Of a DNA stretch of 64,000 nt, positions 59,627-64,000 are shown piece after piece. How positions within the stretch are numbered: the first letter of the stretch is position 1; every line of letters starts with the position of its first letter. This DNA comes from Candidatus Binatia bacterium (GTDB lineage: Bacteria > Desulfobacterota > Binatia > Bin18): assembly GCA_963666315.2 (NCBI GenBank), contig CAXXHG010000015.1, positions 96,001 through 160,000 of the forward strand, written 5' to 3'. A program made the position numbers and the translations under genes. Below the pieces are notes generated by a model, which worked only from the letters and a program-made list of their open reading frames with translations, did not search any database and was not told the DNA's origin.

Positions 59627-61208
59627 ATGTCGCAGATGTCGTACCATTTTACGCTTTCAGCGCTAGACTTTGATGCCGTGCTATTTGATCTCGATGGCGT
59701 TGTGACGCAGACAGAGAAATTGCATGCGGTTGCCTGGAAAACACTCTTTGACGATTTTCTGGCACGGCGGACACAGCAGCACAAAACCCCCTTTCCCCCG
59801 TTCGATGCTGAGGCAGACTATCTGCAGTATGTGGATGGTAAGCAGCGCTACGACGGAGTGGCCAGTTTTCTGGCTGCACGCGGCATTACTCTTCCCTACG
59901 GTGATCCACAGAATAGCGTTGAGGAAGAGACGATTTGCGGGCTGGGGAATAAAAAAAATGCCGCCTTTCTTGCATGCCTGGCGGATACCGGCATTCAAGT
60001 CTTTGACTCAACTATCGTGCTGATCAAAGTCCTGCGTCAACACGGTATCAAAATCGCCATTGTCTCGTCGAGTAAAAATTGTCACATCGTCTTAAAGCAG
60101 GCTGAGCTTACGCCCCTGTTTGATACCCGTGTTGACGGTGTAGAGAGTGCCAGGCTCAAGCTGCCGGGCAAGCCCGCTCCAGACACCTATCTCGAAGCCG
60201 CCAGACGGCTCGGCGTCAAACCGGAGCGCACCGCCATTGTCGAGGATGCAAATTCCGGAGTCGAGGCCGGCCAGAGAGGAGGCTTTAGCCTCGTGCTCGG
60301 CGTCGCCCGACAGGGCAATCATGCCGCCCTCGAACAGCATGGCGCAGACGTCGTCGTGACCGACCTTGAAGAGATCGGCGTTGGTACTCGCCCCGAGATC
60401 CCGCGCATCCGGAATGTGCTGAACCTGCCCTCAGCACTCGACCACGACACCGCGATTATCCAGCAGCTCAAGGCGCAACGGCCCGTCGTCTTTTTGGACT
60501 ACGACGGCACCCTCACGCCAATAGTGAGTCGGCCAGATCTGGCGACGCTGTCTGAAGGGATGCAGGAGACACTCGCGGCGCTGGCAGTACGCTGCCCGGT
60601 CGCCATCGTCAGCGGTCGGGATCTCGCTGATGTCCGTAACCTCGTTCAGCTTGACACGGTATTTTATGCCGGGAGTCATGGGTTTGACATCTCAGGTCCC
60701 GACGGGCTCCAGATGCAGCACCAGCAGGGAGAAGACTTTCTGCCTGTACTCGATCAGGCGGAAGCCTTGCTCCAGCAAAAAACTCAGCACAATTCCGGCT
60801 GCTTTTATTGAACGTAAAAAATTCTCGATTGCCGTGCATTTTCGGGATGTTGGACCTCAGCATGTAGAACAGATTGAATCTGTTGTGGAGGCGGTCCTTG
60901 CATCCCAGCCTCAACTCCGCAAAGGCTGGGGGAAAAAGGTATTCGAGTTACAACCCCGGATCGACTGGCATAAAGGCAAAGCCGTACGCTGGCTGCTTGA
61001 CGCGCTCGGGCGCAACAGACCGGATGTCCTGCCTCTCTATATTGGGGATGATGTAACCGATGAAGATGCCTTTCGTGCGCTGGCTGAACGCGGCATCACG
61101 ATTGTCGTTTCTGAGACTCCCCGATGTTCAGCCGCGCGCTATGTCATGCAGGATACCGCTCAAGTGCAAACTTTTCTCCGAGGGCTTGCCACTGCTCTCT
61201 CCGCTTAG
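59627..61208 (+). CDS. Beta-PGM-like HAD fused to trehalose-6-phosphate phosphatase; frameshift in A6 run 60777-60782
   Basis: FDLDGVV, GKPAPD, VEDA; FLDYDGTL, VSGR, YAGSHG | ERKKFSIAVH, KGKA, YIGDDVTDEDAF. Confidence 0.85.
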
Positions 61209-61223
61209 ACAAGCAGGACTAGC

Positions 61224-63626
61224 ATGACGGGCACTACCGATTGGGTTGTACATTTTAACGGCTTCGATCCGGAACGGGAGCGCCTGCGCGAAACACTGTC
61301 CACCCTCGGCAATGGGTATTTTGCCACCCGTGGGGCGGCAGAAGAGGCACAGCCGGAGACAATCCACTATCCCGGCACATATCTCGCCGGAGGCTATAAT
61401 CGTCTAAAAACCGAGATCGCCGGGCGCAGCATTGAAAGCGAAGACTTCGTCAATATGCCCAACTGGCTGTGCCTCTCCTTTCGACCACAAGACGGCGAGT
61501 GGTTCAGTCCAGCCAGCTACGAACTGCTGACGCATGAGCGTCACCTTAACCTCCAGTACGCCGTCCTTACGCGTACTTCTCGCGTACGCGACCAGCAAGG
61601 ACGGGAAACAACGATTAGCACTCGCCGCCTGGTCAGCATGGCTGATCCACACCTGGCCGGTACCGAAATGACGTTGACCGCACAGAACTGGTCTGGACCG
61701 ATGCAGATTCGTACGGCCCTGGATGGGCGTATCGTCAATGCGGGGGTCAAACGCTACCAACAACTGAACAGCCGGCACCTTACACCGCTGGAAACTGCGG
61801 CTGTGGATGAAGACGGAATCGCACTTCTCGTCAAGACAAACCAGTCCCAGCTACGTGTTGCCCAAGCCGCACGTACCCAGGTCTTTCAACACGGCAAAGC
61901 AGTTGCCCTCGACCGGCAGACACGAGAGAAGCCCGGCTATATCGCCCAAGAGCTTACGTTCGAAGTCGAATCCGGGCAAGCAGTCACGATCGAAAAAATC
62001 GTGACACTGTATACCTCACGGGATCGGGCAATTGCAGAATGCAGCGCTGCAGCCAAACACGCTCTCGGTCGGGCGAGCCGTTTCCCTGCGCTCCTAGATC
62101 AGCACACCCGAGCCTGGCTGGAACTCTGGAAGACCTATGACATCGTTGTAGAGGGCAGCCCAAGAATCCAGCTTTTACTTCGGCTGCACGCATTCCACCT
62201 GCTCCAAACGGTCTCTACTCATACGCTGGGTCTGGATGTGAGCATTCCCGCCCGCGGCCTCCACGGCGAGGCCTATCGCGGACACATTTTTTGGGATGAA
62301 CTGTTCATCTTCCCTTTTTTTACCCCACGTACGCCGGCATTGACCCGCAGTCTGTTGCTTTACCGCTACCGACGCCTGCCGCAAGCTCGACGGGCCGCCC
62401 GCCAGGCGGGGTATCAAGGCGCGATGTATCCCTGGCAAAGCGGCAGCGATGGGCGTGAAGAAAGCCAGCGGGTCCATCTGAACCCGAGTTCCGGACGCTG
62501 GATTCCTGACCACAGCTCGTTGCAGCGACATATCAGCATCGCCATTGCGTACAACATCTGGCACTACTACCAAGCCACCGCTGACCAAGAGTTTTTGACC
62601 CACTACGGCGCGGAAATGCTCTTGGATATCGCGCGCTTTTGTGCCAGTCTCACAACCTATAATCAAAACCTTGAACGATACGAAATCCTCGGCGTGATGG
62701 GCCCGGACGAATATCATGAACGATACCCGGATACGGACCAACCCGGACTCAATAATAATGCCTACACGAATGTCATGACGGTCTGGACTCTCCAGCGTGC
62801 ACTCGACGTTCTGGATCTTTTATCTCCAAACAGGGCCGAGGCTCTCCAGGCTCAACTCGACATTAGCCAGGATGACTGTGCGCGCTGGACAGACATCACG
62901 CGTAAGATGCGCGTCGTTTTCCAGGCTGACGGCATCATCAGTCAGTTTGAAGGCTTTGAAACGCTGCGCGAGTTCGATTGGGACGGGTATCAACACAAAT
63001 ACGGGAATATTGACCGGCTCGACCGTATCCTTGAAGCCGAGGGTGATAGTGTCGATCACTACCAGGCCACTAAACAGGCTGATACCTTAATGCTGTTCTA
63101 TCTTCTTCCCGTGGACGAAGTTGCGCAGCTCTTCCAGCAGCTCGGCTACCCCATGAATCACGACACGGTCCAGAAAAACATCGACTACTACTATCGCCGC
63201 ACTTCGCACGGCTCAACCTTAAGCCGGGTGGTGCATGCCTGGATACTGGCACGGCTTGATCCTCAGCTCTCCTGGCAGCTTTTTGTCGAAGCGTTACAAA
63301 GTGACGTGAGTGATATTCAAGCAGGGACGACGGAAGAAGGCATCCACACCGGAGTCATGGCCGGCACGCTCGACCTAATCCAGCGCTGCTATATGGGTAT
63401 GGAAATGCGAGATGAGGTGGTCTGGTTTAATCCGTGTTTGCCCGAAGCGCTCTCGCAGGGTGTATCTTTCCGCTTTCAGTATCGCGGTTGCTGGTTCTCC
63501 ATTCGCGCAACTCGGCAGACCATCCAGGTGACGTTTGATTCCGGTCAGCAACCCACAGCAAAAATCGGCATCTGTGGTCGGATCCACGAAGTCCAGCAGG
63601 GTGAGGGACGCGAGTTTTCGCTGTAA
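61224..63626 (+). CDS. Glycoside hydrolase family 65 (trehalose/maltose phosphorylase-like)
   Basis: LGNGYFATRG, ARGLHGEAYRGHIFWDE, GPDEYHE, KQAD, HGSTLS. Confidence 0.92.
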   Translation: MTGTTDWVVHFNGFDPERERLRETLSTLGNGYFATRGAAEEAQPETIHYPGTYLAGGYNRLKTEIAGRSIESEDFVNMPNWLCLSFRPQDGEWFSPASYELLTHERHLNLQYAVLTRTSRVRDQQGRETTISTRRLVSMADPHLAGTEMTLTAQNWSGPMQIRTALDGRIVNAGVKRYQQLNSRHLTPLETAAVDEDGIALLVKTNQSQLRVAQAARTQVFQHGKAVALDRQTREKPGYIAQELTFEVESGQAVTIEKIVTLYTSRDRAIAECSAAAKHALGRASRFPALLDQHTRAWLELWKTYDIVVEGSPRIQLLLRLHAFHLLQTVSTHTLGLDVSIPARGLHGEAYRGHIFWDELFIFPFFTPRTPALTRSLLLYRYRRLPQARRAARQAGYQGAMYPWQSGSDGREESQRVHLNPSSGRWIPDHSSLQRHISIAIAYNIWHYYQATADQEFLTHYGAEMLLDIARFCASLTTYNQNLERYEILGVMGPDEYHERYPDTDQPGLNNNAYTNVMTVWTLQRALDVLDLLSPNRAEALQAQLDISQDDCARWTDITRKMRVVFQADGIISQFEGFETLREFDWDGYQHKYGNIDRLDRILEAEGDSVDHYQATKQADTLMLFYLLPVDEVAQLFQQLGYPMNHDTVQKNIDYYYRRTSHGSTLSRVVHAWILARLDPQLSWQLFVEALQSDVSDIQAGTTEEGIHTGVMAGTLDLIQRCYMGMEMRDEVVWFNPCLPEALSQGVSFRFQYRGCWFSIRATRQTIQVTFDSGQQPTAKIGICGRIHEVQQGEGREFSL

Positions 63627-63747
63627 CCCGCGCTCTTCGCGCGATCCCCGACACGTGCCTGCCTGACCAGCGTTGCACGCTCGCTGGGCAAAACGCTACG
63701 CACTGAGGAGCAGTGCCCTTCAACAGCGATACTCATGAGCTCTAGCC

Positions 63748-64000
63748 ATGCACGCGGCCGGTCCCACATTCCGCCTCCTTGAAGATCCATACTATAGTCA
63801 TGCCTTAGCCCGGTCGCAGCCAGGTGTCGTTGCCGCGCAGAACCGCATTATCTATGGAGACAATTTACCAGTCCTGCAAGCCTTGTGCTTGGAATTCACC
63901 AGCAGCATCAAATTTATCTATCTAGATCCGCCGTATAACACCGGCAACACGTTTCCCCATTACGACGATGGCAGGGCCCACGAGCAGTGGCTTACCGACC
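63748..64000 (+). CDS. Site-specific DNA methyltransferase (type III Mod-like), partial
   Basis: NRIIYGDNL..IKFIYLDPPYNTG..HYDD; runs off the right edge. Confidence 0.85.
   Translation, partial: MHAAGPTFRLLEDPYYSHALARSQPGVVAAQNRIIYGDNLPVLQALCLEFTSSIKFIYLDPPYNTGNTFPHYDDGRAHEQWLTD

Overview
Bacterial chromosome segment of moderate-to-high GC. The F420 pathway, many luciferase-like (LLM) oxidoreductases, cyclase-AAA-TPR remnants and tRNA-Arg(UCG) suggest a Binatia-like lineage; this is inference only. Left arm (1-25 kb): glmM(partial)-ftsH-tilS, an unannotated 39-aa membrane ORF, tRNA-Met, frameshifted lipB, a cofG-cofH-cofD-cofE F420 operon, fbp/fbaB, a five-gene glycosyltransferase/YdjY cluster and a decayed cytochrome c/heme-porin pair. 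Middle (25.3-46.1 kb): a heavily eroded island next to tRNA-Arg(UCG). It holds a dead tyrosine integrase, a Sel1/HsdM/DUF1998 chimera, three IS6 copies plus two IS6 remnants, five intact LLMs, GST, beta-ureidopropionase, modABC and molybdenum storage protein (mosB/mosA) remnants. Right arm: cysS, acs, a hidden decayed AhpD/CMD-like selenoprotein gene (C-F-Y-U plus SECIS hairpin), an EthA-like monooxygenase, a DHH phosphoesterase, mlaEFDAC, a HAD/trehalose-phosphatase plus GH65 pair and the start of a DNA methyltransferase. No CRISPR array or rRNA was seen. Family calls are by eye from motifs and no searches were run. Some single-base frameshifts may be sequencing errors.
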